From: Phenylobacterium sp.
GTDB taxonomy: Bacteria; Pseudomonadota; Alphaproteobacteria; Caulobacterales; Caulobacteraceae
DNA: 32,569 bases
Assembly (NCBI GenBank): GCA_028290925.1
Contig: JAQGIX010000331.1
Location: forward strand, 1-32,569
Reading direction: 5' to 3'
Below are positions 7,646-17,700 of this stretch, one piece after another (within the stretch, counting starts at the first letter, position 1; every line of letters starts with the position of its first letter). Below the pieces are notes generated by a model. That model was not told the DNA's origin, made no database searches, and worked only from the letters and a program-made list of their open reading frames with translations. Position numbers and translations under genes: made by a program.

Positions 7646-9253
7646 TTGCGCACGTTTCCGATCCTCTGCGCCGCGCTCGCGGCCCTCGCGCTCGCGGGCT
7701 GCCAGGGCAAGCCGCAGCGCCAGACCTGTCCCGCCGGCCGGCAGTGCCTGGAGTTCGGCCTCGACGTCGAACCCGCCACCCTCGATCCGCACAAGGCCAA
7801 CCTGATCGAAGAAGCCTGGGTGATCGGCGACCTCATGGAGGGCCTGACCACCGACGGCCCGGACGCCAGCCCTGCCCCGGCCGGGGCGACCTCGTGGGAA
7901 ACCAGCCCCGACGGCCTGACCTGGACCTTCCACCTGCGCCGCAACGCCCGCTGGTCGGACGGCGTGCCGGTCACCGCCGACGACTACGTGTTCGGCCTGC
8001 AGCGGGTGCTCGACCCGAAGGTCGCCTCCATCTACGCCTACCTCGTCTATGTCATCAAAGGCGGCCAGGCGGTCAGCGAGGGCAAGGCGCCAGCCTCCAG
8101 CCTGGGCGCCAAGGCGCTCGATCCCTACACCCTGCAACTCAGCCTGGAGCATCCCGCGCCCTACCTTCTGGAGCTCGCCAAGCACCAGAGCTTCTATCCG
8201 GCGCCGCGCCACGTGGTGGAGAAGTACGGCGACGGCTGGGTGGCGCCCGGCCGCTATGTCTCCAACAGCGCCTACAAGCTGGTCTCCTGGCGGCTCGGCG
8301 ACCACATCGAACTCGCCAAGAACCCGCAATTCTACGACGCGGCCCACGTCTGCCTGGACCGCATCGACTATTTCCCCACCTCCGACGCCATCTCCGCCGA
8401 ACGGCGCGTGCAGCGCGGTGAGATCGACATCTCCAACACCTTCCAGTCGAACCGCGTCGACCGGCTGAAGGCCACCATGCCGGCCTATCTCCACGCCCAT
8501 ACGGAGCTGGCCACGACCTATCTGTCGTTCAACACGCGCGATGTGGCGCCGCTGAAGGACCGGCGCGTGCGCCGCGCGCTTTCGGAGTCGGTCGACCGGG
8601 ACTTCATCACGGCCAAGCTGCTGCGCGCCGGCCAGGCGCCGGCCTACGCCTTCGTGCCGCCGGGCGCCGCCAATTATCCGTTCGGGCCGAAGACGCGGTG
8701 GGCGGGCGAGCCGTTGGCGCAGCGCCAGGCCGAAGCGCGCGCCCTGCTGGCCCAGGCGGGCTTCACCGCGCGGCGCCCGCTGAAGCTGGAGATCAAGACC
8801 ACCACCAACACCGAGAGCCTGCTGCTGATCCAGGCGGTCCAGGCCGACTGGCGCGCGATCGGGGTGGACGTCAGCCTCGTGCAGAACGATGGGCCGATCG
8901 CCTTCTCCGCCTACGCCAACCGCGACTTCCAGGTGGGCTTCATGTCCTGGATCGCCGACTTCAACGACCCCATGACCTTCCTAGGCCTGCTGAAGTCGGA
9001 CACCGGGGCGCAGAACTACGGCGACTACAAGAACCCCGCCTACGACGCCCTGCTGGGAGCGGCCGACAAGGAGCCGGATGCGGTCAGGCGCGGCCAGATC
9101 CTGGCCCGCGCCGAACAGCTCATGCTGGACGACGAGGCGATGGTCACCATCTACTACAACGTGACCCGGGCGCTGGTGAACCCGCGGATCAGCGGCTGGG
9201 TGGACAACGCCGAGAACGTCCACCGCAGCCGCTGGCTCTGCATGAAGGGGTAG
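7646..9253 (+). CDS. peptide ABC transporter substrate-binding lipoprotein (OppA-like, SBP family 5)
   Basis: Lipobox LALAGC; EPATLDP; SWETSPDGLTWTFHLR.NARWSDGVPVTADD family-5 signature; WIADFNDPMTFL. Confidence 0.93.
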   Translation: MRTFPILCAALAALALAGCQGKPQRQTCPAGRQCLEFGLDVEPATLDPHKANLIEEAWVIGDLMEGLTTDGPDASPAPAGATSWETSPDGLTWTFHLRRNARWSDGVPVTADDYVFGLQRVLDPKVASIYAYLVYVIKGGQAVSEGKAPASSLGAKALDPYTLQLSLEHPAPYLLELAKHQSFYPAPRHVVEKYGDGWVAPGRYVSNSAYKLVSWRLGDHIELAKNPQFYDAAHVCLDRIDYFPTSDAISAERRVQRGEIDISNTFQSNRVDRLKATMPAYLHAHTELATTYLSFNTRDVAPLKDRRVRRALSESVDRDFITAKLLRAGQAPAYAFVPPGAANYPFGPKTRWAGEPLAQRQAEARALLAQAGFTARRPLKLEIKTTTNTESLLLIQAVQADWRAIGVDVSLVQNDGPIAFSAYANRDFQVGFMSWIADFNDPMTFLGLLKSDTGAQNYGDYKNPAYDALLGAADKEPDAVRRGQILARAEQLMLDDEAMVTIYYNVTRALVNPRISGWVDNAENVHRSRWLCMKG

Positions 9254-9257
9254 GGGC

Positions 9258-9566
9258 TTAGCCTCGACGCCACTCGTAGTGGCAATGGGTGCTGCCATTG
9301 TGTTTGGCGATCTGGTGGCCAGCCACCGCGCCGACGCCGGCGCCGATGAGGGTGCCGCCGGTCCTGCCGCCGCCATGGCTGACGGCGTTGCCCAGCAAGC
9401 CGCCGGTCACCGCGCCGACCACCGTGCCGGTGTTCTTGGCGCCCGTGCTCGCGCCGCAGACCTGCACGCGATGGCGATGGGGCTGCGCGCTGGCGACCAT
9501 CGGGGCCGCGGCGACGCTCAGCGCGGCCACAACCAGGGACGCGGAGGCGATCAACTTGTTGGGCAA
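9258..9566 (-). CDS. glycine-zipper 2TM domain secreted/membrane protein
   Basis: TTG start after AGGAG, signal peptide, then GTVVGAVTGGLLGNAV...GTLIGAGVGAVAGHQI glycine zipper flanked by two Cys. Confidence 0.85.
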   Translation of the reverse strand: MPNKLIASASLVVAALSVAAAPMVASAQPHRHRVQVCGASTGAKNTGTVVGAVTGGLLGNAVSHGGGRTGGTLIGAGVGAVAGHQIAKHNGSTHCHYEWRRG

Positions 9567-9660
9567 GGGGGTATGCTCCTTCGATTACAGCGACACGCTC
9601 GGGCCTAAACCCGCCGCGCACGGTTAAGGTTGCTTCCTTCGGCCGTATAGGCCGGCATTC

Positions 9661-9685
9661 GGAACCTAAGGGCCTCTACCGGCTT
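9661..9685 (+). promoter_or_regulatory. possible EcfG/sigmaT general-stress promoter
   Basis: GGAAC-N18-TT upstream of the GlsB/YeaQ gene; the -10 element (GCTT) deviates from CGTT. Confidence 0.4.
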
Positions 9686-9741
9686 TTTTCGGGCAGCGCC
9701 GGCCAGACCCCCCAAAACGCCGGCAGCCTGGAGGAGACCCT

Positions 9742-9999
9742 ATGTCAGTCCTTGCCTGGATCGTTCTGGGCCTGATCGCCGGCTTCATCGCCAGCAAGCT
9801 CGTGAACAGGGCGGGCGGCAACCTGTTGCTCGACCTCGTCCTGGGGGTCGTCGGCGCGTTCGTCGGCGGCTTCCTGTTCACCCGCTTCGGCGCCGCCGGT
9901 GTCACGGGCCTGAACATCTACTCGATCCTCGTCGCCATCGTCGGCGCCGTGGTTGTGCTGTTCATCTACCATGCCCTCGTGGGCCGCCGAGCCCTATAG
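9742..9999 (+). CDS. GlsB/YeaQ/YmgE-family (transglycosylase-associated) stress membrane protein
   Basis: WIVLGLIAGFIASKLV...DLVLGVVGAFVGG...SILVAIVGAVVVLFIY; three TM helices; GGAGGAG RBS. Confidence 0.92.
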   Translation: MSVLAWIVLGLIAGFIASKLVNRAGGNLLLDLVLGVVGAFVGGFLFTRFGAAGVTGLNIYSILVAIVGAVVVLFIYHALVGRRAL

Positions 10000-10042
10000 C
10001 GGCGACCGCGCCGGCCTGGCCGGAACCATGAGCAGAGTTCGG

Positions 10043-10072
10043 AAAGCCCCGCCGGCGACGGCGGGGCTTTTT
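10043..10072 (+). terminator. Rho-independent terminator
   Basis: AAAGCCCCGCCG-GCGA-CGGCGGGGCTTT-TT: perfect 12-bp stem, GNRA loop, U tract. Confidence 0.88.
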
Positions 10073-10170
10073 GCGTAGGTCCGATCGTCGGGTCGCCTCA
10101 CGTGACAGCTTGCACGAATGTCGCATCTGCGGGCTAGCTTCACCGCACAGAGGCAACGGCGGGCTCTTCG

Positions 10171-13113
10171 ATGATCGACAGGCGTCTTGCGATCGCGGCC
10201 TTGGCCGCCGCGCTCACCCTCGGCGCGGGCGGCGCCACGCGCGCCGCCGAGCTGCAAGTGGGCGAGCCGACGCCCACCGGCCAGGCGATCACGCCCACGG
10301 CCGCGCCGGGGGCGCTGTTCCAGGCGCTCAACCCGGACCTGCCCGACCTGCCGGGCTTCACCGCGGGCCAGGCCTCGGCCGTGGCCCTGTCGCCGGACGG
10401 CAAGACCCTGCTGATCCTGACCAGCGGCTTCAACCGCAACCTCGGCGCCGACGGCAAGGCGATCCCCAGCCAGTCCAGCGAATATGTCTTCGTCTACGAC
10501 GTCAGCGGGCCCGCACCGGCCAAGCGGCAGGTGATCCAGGTGGCCAACACCTTCCTAGGCCTCGGCTGGGCGCCGGCCGGCGACCGGTTCTACGTCTCCG
10601 GCGGGATGGACGATTCCGTCCTCGAGTTCGCCACGGCTCCGGGCGGTTTCAAGGCCGCGCGCAGTTTCCCGCTCGGCCACAAGGCGGGCCTCGGGCTGAT
10701 GGTGAAGCCGGAGGCGGCGGGCCTGGCGGTCAGCCCCGATGGCCGGCGGCTGCTGGTCGCCAATATCCAGAACGACTCCGTCAGCCTGATCGACCTGGAG
10801 ACCGGGGCGGTCTCCGAGCGCGACCTGCGGCCGGGCCGCAACGATCCCAAGCGCGTCGGCCAGCCGGGCGGCAGCTATCCGCGGGCGGTCGCCTGGACCT
10901 CCGACCGCAAGGCCTATGTGGCCAGCGAGCGGGACCGTGAGATCATCGGGCTCGGCGTCTCGCGCAAGGGCCTGGCCCTCCGCTCGCGGATCCACACGCG
11001 CGGCCAGCCGGTGTTCCTGCTGGCGAGCGGCCGGTCGCGCAGGCTCTACGCCGCGCTGGACAACACCGACGCGGTCGCGGTGATCGATCCGGTGAGCGAC
11101 CGGGTGATCGAGGAGATCCCCACCGCCGCGCCGAAGGCCCTGGCCGCCCGCATCGGGCCGCTCGGCGGGGCCGGGACCAACAGCCTGGCGCTGTCGCCCG
11201 ACGGCCGCACCCTGCTGGTGACCAACGGCGGCGAGAACGCCGTGGCGGTTATCCGGCTCTCCGCGCGCGCTGCGGCCCTGGCCGAGCGCGCCCAGGGGAA
11301 AAAGCCGCTGCGGCATCGCGGCGGCCCGGATGATGACGACAATCAGCCGAAGCCCGGCGACGGGGCCTCGGAGGTCGTGGGCCTGATCCCCACCGGCTGG
11401 TATCCGACGGCGGTGGCCATGCGCCCGGACGGCCGCCAGCTCTATGTGGTCAACGGCAAGAGCAACGCCGGCCCCAATCCCGCGGGCTGCCGCAACAACC
11501 TGTCCATCGGCAAGGAGTCGCGCAACAGCTGCGGCGCGACCAACAGCTATGTCTGGCAGCTGGAGAAGGCGGGCTTTCTGACCCTGCCGGCGCCCGGCCC
11601 GGCGGAGCTTGGCCGGCTGACCCGTCAGGTGGCGGCCAACGACCGTTGGCCCGGGGCCCGCGAGGCTGGCCGCGGCGAGGCGACCATGGCCTTCCTGCGC
11701 CAGCACATCCATCACGTGATCTACATCGTGAAGGAGAACCGCACCTACGATCAGCTGCTTGGCGACCTGGAGGTCGGCGATGGGGATCCGAAGCTCGCCA
11801 TCTTCGGCCGCGCGATCACCCCCAACCAGCATGCCCTGGCCCGCGAGTTCGTCGACCTCGACCGGTTCTTTGACTCGGGCGAAAGCAGCAACACCGGCTG
11901 GAACTGGACCACGGCGGCGCGCACCAACGACTGGACCGAGCGCGAGGCGCCGGTGAACTACGCCGTGCGCGGGCTGCAGTACGATCAGGAGGGGGCCAAC
12001 CGGAACGTCAATGTGGGCTACGCCACCACGGCGGAACGCCGGCGGGCCAACCCCCTGAGCCCCAACGATCCGGACCTGCTGCCGGGCCTGGCCGACGTGG
12101 CGGCCCCGGACGGACCGGGCGGCGAGGCCGGCGCGGGCTACATCTGGGATGGCGCGCTGCGGGCGGGCTTGAAGGTCCGCAACTGGGGCTTCTACGGCGA
12201 CCTCGTGCGCTACGACAAGGACGCCGGGGCCGCGATCATCCCGCTGGACCGGGAGCCCTGGAAGACCAAGCGCACGGTCTACTATCCGACCAAGGCCGCG
12301 CTGGCGCCGATCAGCGATCCCTACTTCCGGGCCTTCGACCAGGCGTTCCCGGACTTCTGGCGCTATCGGGAATGGGAGCGGGAGTTCGACGGCTTCGCCA
12401 AGGCCGGCCAGGCCCCCAACCTGATGCTGGTCCGCTTCCCGCACGACCACACGGGCTCCTTCGGCCAGGCCATCGACGGGGTCAACACCGTGGAGACCGA
12501 GCTCGCCGACAACGACTATGCGGTGGGCATGCTGGTGGAGAAGATCTCCAGGAGCGCCTTCGCCAAGGACACCCTGATCTTCGTGATCGAGGACGACGCC
12601 CAGGACGGTCCCGACCATGTGGAGGCCCATCGCTCGATCGCCTTCGTCGCCGGACCCTATGTGAAGCGCGGCAAGGTGGTCAGCACCCGCTACAATACGG
12701 TCGACATGGTCCGCACCATGGAGGCGGTGCTGGGCATCGCCCCGCTCGGCCTGAACGACGCCATGGCCGAGCCGATGACCGAGGTGTTCGACGTGGCCGG
12801 CTCCGCCGATTGGCGCTTCGAGGCGCGGATCCCCCCGGTGCTCCGCTCGACCCAGCTGCCGCTGCCGCCCGCCGGGGCGCGGGAGGCGGCCTGCATCGTT
12901 CGGCCGTCGCGCAACGCCGCGTACTGGACCGCGGCCATGAAGGGCCAGGACTTCAGCGGCGAGGACCGGCTGGACACCGCCGCCTTCAACCGGGCGCTCT
13001 GGCGGGGCCTGCGCGGGGCGGAGCCCTATCCGGACGCTCGGGCGGGCGCCGACCTGCGCGACCACCGGCCCGAACGGCTGGCGGGGGTGAAGGAGCCGGG
13101 CTGCGCCTCCTGA
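10171..13113 (+). CDS. secreted YncE/YVTN beta-propeller plus phosphoesterase (alkaline-phosphatase superfamily) fusion
   Basis: Signal peptide (DRRLAIAALAAAL); repeated ALSPDGKTL / AVSPDGRRL / IPTGWYP blades; HHVIYIVKENRTYD phosphoesterase motif; FPHDHT, EDDAQDGPDHVEAHRS. Confidence 0.88.
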   Translation: MIDRRLAIAALAAALTLGAGGATRAAELQVGEPTPTGQAITPTAAPGALFQALNPDLPDLPGFTAGQASAVALSPDGKTLLILTSGFNRNLGADGKAIPSQSSEYVFVYDVSGPAPAKRQVIQVANTFLGLGWAPAGDRFYVSGGMDDSVLEFATAPGGFKAARSFPLGHKAGLGLMVKPEAAGLAVSPDGRRLLVANIQNDSVSLIDLETGAVSERDLRPGRNDPKRVGQPGGSYPRAVAWTSDRKAYVASERDREIIGLGVSRKGLALRSRIHTRGQPVFLLASGRSRRLYAALDNTDAVAVIDPVSDRVIEEIPTAAPKALAARIGPLGGAGTNSLALSPDGRTLLVTNGGENAVAVIRLSARAAALAERAQGKKPLRHRGGPDDDDNQPKPGDGASEVVGLIPTGWYPTAVAMRPDGRQLYVVNGKSNAGPNPAGCRNNLSIGKESRNSCGATNSYVWQLEKAGFLTLPAPGPAELGRLTRQVAANDRWPGAREAGRGEATMAFLRQHIHHVIYIVKENRTYDQLLGDLEVGDGDPKLAIFGRAITPNQHALAREFVDLDRFFDSGESSNTGWNWTTAARTNDWTEREAPVNYAVRGLQYDQEGANRNVNVGYATTAERRRANPLSPNDPDLLPGLADVAAPDGPGGEAGAGYIWDGALRAGLKVRNWGFYGDLVRYDKDAGAAIIPLDREPWKTKRTVYYPTKAALAPISDPYFRAFDQAFPDFWRYREWEREFDGFAKAGQAPNLMLVRFPHDHTGSFGQAIDGVNTVETELADNDYAVGMLVEKISRSAFAKDTLIFVIEDDAQDGPDHVEAHRSIAFVAGPYVKRGKVVSTRYNTVDMVRTMEAVLGIAPLGLNDAMAEPMTEVFDVAGSADWRFEARIPPVLRSTQLPLPPAGAREAACIVRPSRNAAYWTAAMKGQDFSGEDRLDTAAFNRALWRGLRGAEPYPDARAGADLRDHRPERLAGVKEPGCAS

Positions 13114-13192
13114 GGACCCGGCGTCCGGCAACCGGCCGGCAAGACCTGGTTCCACGCCGCCGGCGCGCCCGGCGGACGATCGGGCGCGTGCC

Positions 13193-14017
13193 CTAGCGGC
13201 CTTCGAACTTCGGCGCGCGCTTCTCGCGGAACGCCGCCACGCCCTCGCGGACGTCGGCGCTGGGATTGGTGATCATCACCGCCATCTGGGCGTCGACCAG
13301 CGAGGCCTCGAGGCTGGTCTCCATGGCCTTGGCCATCATCATCTTGGTCAGCCGAACGGCGAGCGGCGCCTTGGCCGCCAGGATCTCGCAGATCAGCAGG
13401 GCGTGGGGCTCCAGGGCCCGGGCCTCCACCACCTCGGTCACCAGGCCGAGGCGCTCGGCGGTCGCCGCATCGTAGATCTCGTGCAGCAGGCTCATCTTCA
13501 GCGCCCGGTCGAGCCCCATGGCGTGCGGGAACAGCCACGCGCCGCCCTCGTCGGGCAGCAGGCCCACCTTGTTCGAGGTGTCGCCCAGCTTGGCGGTGTC
13601 GGCCGCGATCCGCAGGTCGCAGGCCAGCGCCAGCGCCAGGCCGCCGGCCACCGCATAGCCGCGGATCATCGCCACCGACGGCTTGTCCAGCCGCCGCAGC
13701 GCCAGCACCACCGCCTGCATGCCGTCGCGCATCTCGCGGCCGAAGCCCAGGGGTTGCCCGCGCACGCTGCGCGAATGCTCCGGATCATCGCCTGCGATGT
13801 CGCCGCCGGTGCAGAAGGCCCGCTCCCCGGCGCCGGTGAGCAGCAGCACGCGCAAGGCGTCGTCGTCCTTGAAGGCGGCGATCGCGGCCTGCAGCTCCTG
13901 GGTCATGCGGAAGGAGTAGGCGTTCATCGCCTGCGGGCGGTTGAGCGTGATGCGGCCGACCCCTTCACGTGGGGTATCGCAGAGGATGGTCTGATACTCT
14001 TCCGTGAACATCGGCAT
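13193..14017 (-). CDS. enoyl-CoA hydratase/isomerase (crotonase) family protein
   Basis: ITLNRPQAMNA, RAFCTGGDI, GYAVAGGLALALACDLRIA, EGVAAFREKRAPKFEGR. Confidence 0.94.
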   Translation of the reverse strand: MPMFTEEYQTILCDTPREGVGRITLNRPQAMNAYSFRMTQELQAAIAAFKDDDALRVLLLTGAGERAFCTGGDIAGDDPEHSRSVRGQPLGFGREMRDGMQAVVLALRRLDKPSVAMIRGYAVAGGLALALACDLRIAADTAKLGDTSNKVGLLPDEGGAWLFPHAMGLDRALKMSLLHEIYDAATAERLGLVTEVVEARALEPHALLICEILAAKAPLAVRLTKMMMAKAMETSLEASLVDAQMAVMITNPSADVREGVAAFREKRAPKFEGR

Positions 14018-14208
14018 CCCCTCGCGTCGCTGGACCCTACCGGCGGGGCCAAGCGTCTCACGGTCGTTCCCGCAGGATCAAGGCGGCGGACCCAGAAAGC
14101 CGTCGCCAACCCGCGTGCCGGCGCGCAGGGTTGGGCTTACAGGATTGTGACCTTCCCGCAATGTGCTCGCCGTATGGCGCCGGCACGGTGAGGGTCTAGG
14201 AGACGCCC

Positions 14209-14730
14209 ATGCGACCTGCCGCCCTGGCCCTGCTGTCCGCCCTACTCGCCGCCAGCGCCGCACACGCCGGGCAGCCCGCGGCGGCCGACGCGCCCGTGGC
14301 CTCGAGCCCGCCGCCCAGCGTCGCCGAGCAGATCGACGCGTTCATCAAGGCCTCGCCGGTTCCCGCCCTGCCGCAGGACGCCGCGCCGGGGGCCACGAGC
14401 ACGGCGGACGAGCGCAAGGTCCATGGCGTCGTCGAGCTCGGGGTCGGCTCCAACGGCTATCGCCACGCCTACATCCAGTCCGACATGGCGCTCGGCGAGC
14501 ACGGCTCGCTGAGCATCGCCGTGGACGACACCCGCTTCAACGGACGCTTCGGCCAATACCGCAACCAGGGCCTCGGCATCGGCCTGGCCTTCGGCGAGGC
14601 CGCCCGCGACGGAGGCCGCTGCCGCCGGCTGGGCGAGGTGACGACGCCGCTGGACGCGCCGTCCTACGCCATCTCCCGGCCCTCGCGGATCTGCAGCGAC
14701 TCCGACCTGGCCTCGCCCACGCCGCGCTGA
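14209..14730 (+). CDS. hypothetical exported protein
   Basis: AGGAG RBS, signal peptide ending AHA, beta-strand-like core VHGVVELGVGSNGYR...GSLSIAVD, two Cys near the C-terminus. Confidence 0.72.
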   Translation: MRPAALALLSALLAASAAHAGQPAAADAPVASSPPPSVAEQIDAFIKASPVPALPQDAAPGATSTADERKVHGVVELGVGSNGYRHAYIQSDMALGEHGSLSIAVDDTRFNGRFGQYRNQGLGIGLAFGEAARDGGRCRRLGEVTTPLDAPSYAISRPSRICSDSDLASPTPR

Positions 14731-14738
14731 CCGCCGTC

Positions 14739-17700
14739 TCAGAATTGCAGGTGGGCGGTCAGCCGCAGGTCGTAGATCGCCAGGCCGTCCCGCAGCTCGC
14801 CGCCGCCTTCCACTGCGAAGCCGCCATAGCCGTTCTCGCCCTTGAACGACAGGCGGGCGGCGAAGCCCTGGCCCCCGATCTGCTCGGCCGGGACGACGAA
14901 CTGGGCGCCGCCTGAGGCGAACTGGGCCGTGGTGGCGCCGAGCTTCTCGCTGACCACGTCGCGGTAGCCGATCAACAGCTCCGGCCCCCAGGTGGCCTGC
15001 TCGCCGAACACCGTCCCGATGGCCACCCCAGCGAAGCCGGAGGTCCGCGAGCTGGTCCGCTGCGCCAGGATGAGGTCCACCCCGGCGCCGCCGCCGCTCT
15101 CGGTGTGCCCGGCCTCCGAGAGCTGGGCGTAGTCGACCGCCAGTTGCGGGCGCAGGAACACCGGACCGAGCTCGGCGTCGTAGGCGACGTGGAACCGGCC
15201 GCTCGCCGTCCAGCCGTTCCAGCGGCTGCTGGCAGTCGCGGCGAAGCCGGTGCTGGTCGCCGGGTTGATCGCCACGGCGCGGTCGCCGGTCATGCTCAGA
15301 TAGCCGCCGGCCACCCGGGCGTTGGCCGAGAAGCGGCCGGCCGAGGCGCGCCAATAGAGGCCGCCCTCCAGGGTTTCCGCGGTGAGCTTGCCGGTGTCCG
15401 CCTGGGCGAGCTCACGAACCTGGCTGGAGCTGGCGCCGAACGTCAGGCCAAGGATCGCCAGCGGTGACAACGCCGCCTCATAGCCGCCCACCAGGCCGAC
15501 GCCCCAGGCGCGGTAGCCCGGCAGGCCGTCGCGGGCGTTCTCCGAGGCGCCGAAGTTGAGCTCCTGGACCCAGGCGCCGCTGAACGCGCCCTGCCGGTCG
15601 TCCAGCGCACGGCCCACCGCATCGCCTTGCGCCGCCGACAGCTGGAAGATGGCGCTCGAGCGGCTGGGCAGCAGCTGGTTGTAGGCCGCCTGGAAACCCG
15701 AGCTGTCGGTCTGGGCGAGGATCGCGTCGCGCAGCGGCGCCTGCCGGTCGACGGCCTGCAGCACCGGATCGAGCGCGGCCGCCGCGGCGGTCGACAGCCC
15801 CAGCTGGTCGGCGGTCTTGCGCGTGACCACGGCCGACACCGTGCCCTGGGCGGCGCTGGTGCTGAGGCTCACGCCGTAGAGGAAGGGCGCCGCGCCCAGC
15901 AGGCTGGTGTCGAGGGTCCCGGCGGTGAGCTGGCTCGCGTGGATCAGGGTGTAGGTCGCGGCGCCCTGCTGCAGCGAGGTGAACCGCAGGCCGAGCTTGG
16001 CGCCGTCGCTGAGCGTCGCCGGGCCCGCCACGTTGAGGGTGGTGTTGGCGCCGGCCGCCGGATCGACGGTCAGGGTCAGCGCCGACTGGCCGCCGAGGTT
16101 GAGGCTGGTGAGGTTGAGCGTGTTCGTGCTGTTGATCTGCAGCGCGCCCGAGCCGATCGACAGGGCCAGGGTGCCGCCCTGGGCGGTGAGGGCGCCGGTC
16201 ACCTTGGCCCCGCCGCTGATGTTCAGGACGTTGGCGCCGGCGCCGAAGGCGATGTCGCCGGTGACCGTCCCGGCCTGGATGTCGGCGTGGTCGTTCCCCG
16301 AGCCGAACAGCACCTGGCCGGTGATGCTCGGCGGGGTGGTCCCGCCGCTGGCGTCGTACTGCAGCAGCGAGACGCCGCTGGTGTTGGCCGAGACGTCCAC
16401 CGCGATGGTCCGGCCGGTGGCGACCGAACCCGTGGGCGCGCCGATCGAGGCGGCGATGGTCCGGATGTTCTGCAGACTGGTCAGCGTGCCGGACAGGTCC
16501 TGGATGGCGATGGCGTCGCCGCTCGTCCCGTTCACCGTGGCCGTGATGCTGGAGGAGTTGGCCAGGGCGGGCAGGTTGGCGCCGGCCTGGATCAGCAGGC
16601 CGCGAGCGGTGTTGCCAAGAGCGTTGGTGATGCTGGCGGTGATCGCGCCGTCGTTCTGCAGCAGCGGCACGTTCGCCCCGCTCAGCAGCTGCACGCCGGT
16701 GGCGTCGGCGATCACGCTGGTGGCGATCGCCGAGCCGGTGATGTGCAGGCCGCCGCCGGTGTTCACCGCCCCGCCGCCGGCCACCCCGATCCGCACCGCC
16801 GTGGCCGAGACGTTGTCGTAGACCCCGGCCCCCGAGGCCGTGCCGCGGATCTCGATGCCGAAGGCGTCGGTCCCGGTTCCCACATTGCCAAGGGTGATGT
16901 CGCGGCCGACCGCGCCCACTTGGAGGCCGGGCGCCGCGCTGCTGGTCGCCACCACCCCCAGGGTGTCGATCAGCACCCCGCCGCCGACGCTGCCCGCCAC
17001 CGAGACGGCGGGTCCCCCCTGCAGCAGGTCGCTGGCGATCAGCTTGGCCACTGCGGTCGCATCGGTGCTGCGGATCGGCACGCGATAGCCGGTGGCGCTG
17101 ACGCTGCCGTTCACGGTGAAGGCGCCGGCCACGTCGCCGCCCACCACCACGCCCTGCGCGCCGAGGCCCTGGGCGCTGATCGCGCCGCCCGCCGTCACCG
17201 AGCCGCTCACCGCCCCCGTGCGCACCCCGACGGCGCGGTCGCCGGCCACCGTCACCGAACCCAGGCTCGACAGCGAGCCCTGCAGGCTGCCCTCCAGCGA
17301 TATGCCGGCCGAGTCATTGCCCTGGACGGTGATCGTCCCGGTGGCCAGGTGGTTGATGTCGCCGATGAACGGCTGGCTTCCGGTCAGCCGGATGCCGAAG
17401 CGGTTCGCGCCCGTCGCGAACGGACCGTCGAGAACACCGTCGCCGTTGGTGTCCGCCGCCGTGGTGGTCTCGTTGATGGTGATGGTCCCGGCGTTGGACA
17501 CCGAGCCGGTATGGCCGCCCAGCACCAGGATGCCGGTGGCGTCGCTCTTGTCCTGGATCTGGATCGTGCCGCTGTTGGAGACGGTGTTGTCGCTGTCCAC
17601 GGTGACCGCCGCGCCGGACGGGGGCTTCACCGAGGCGCCGCTGTTGATCACCACATTGTCCGCCGCGCCGTTGTTGGCGCTCGAGGTGTTGATCGGCGTC

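Noticed and set aside
10101-10145. Possible Pho box upstream of the phosphoesterase gene (GTGACAG, TGTCGCA)
   Set aside because: There is no convincing pair of half-sites at 11-bp spacing in the same orientation.
10555-13155. Long antisense or alternate-frame ORFs (866 aa here; also 15627-18329, 19659-21896, 23990-25876, 26808-29399, 3052-4413)
   Set aside because: These are shadow ORFs typical of high-GC coding DNA. They overlap well-supported genes and have no recognisable motifs.
14143-14162. ATTGTGA...CGCAAT partial palindrome in the crotonase/hypothetical divergent region
   Set aside because: It is too degenerate to call as a CRP/FNR-type site.
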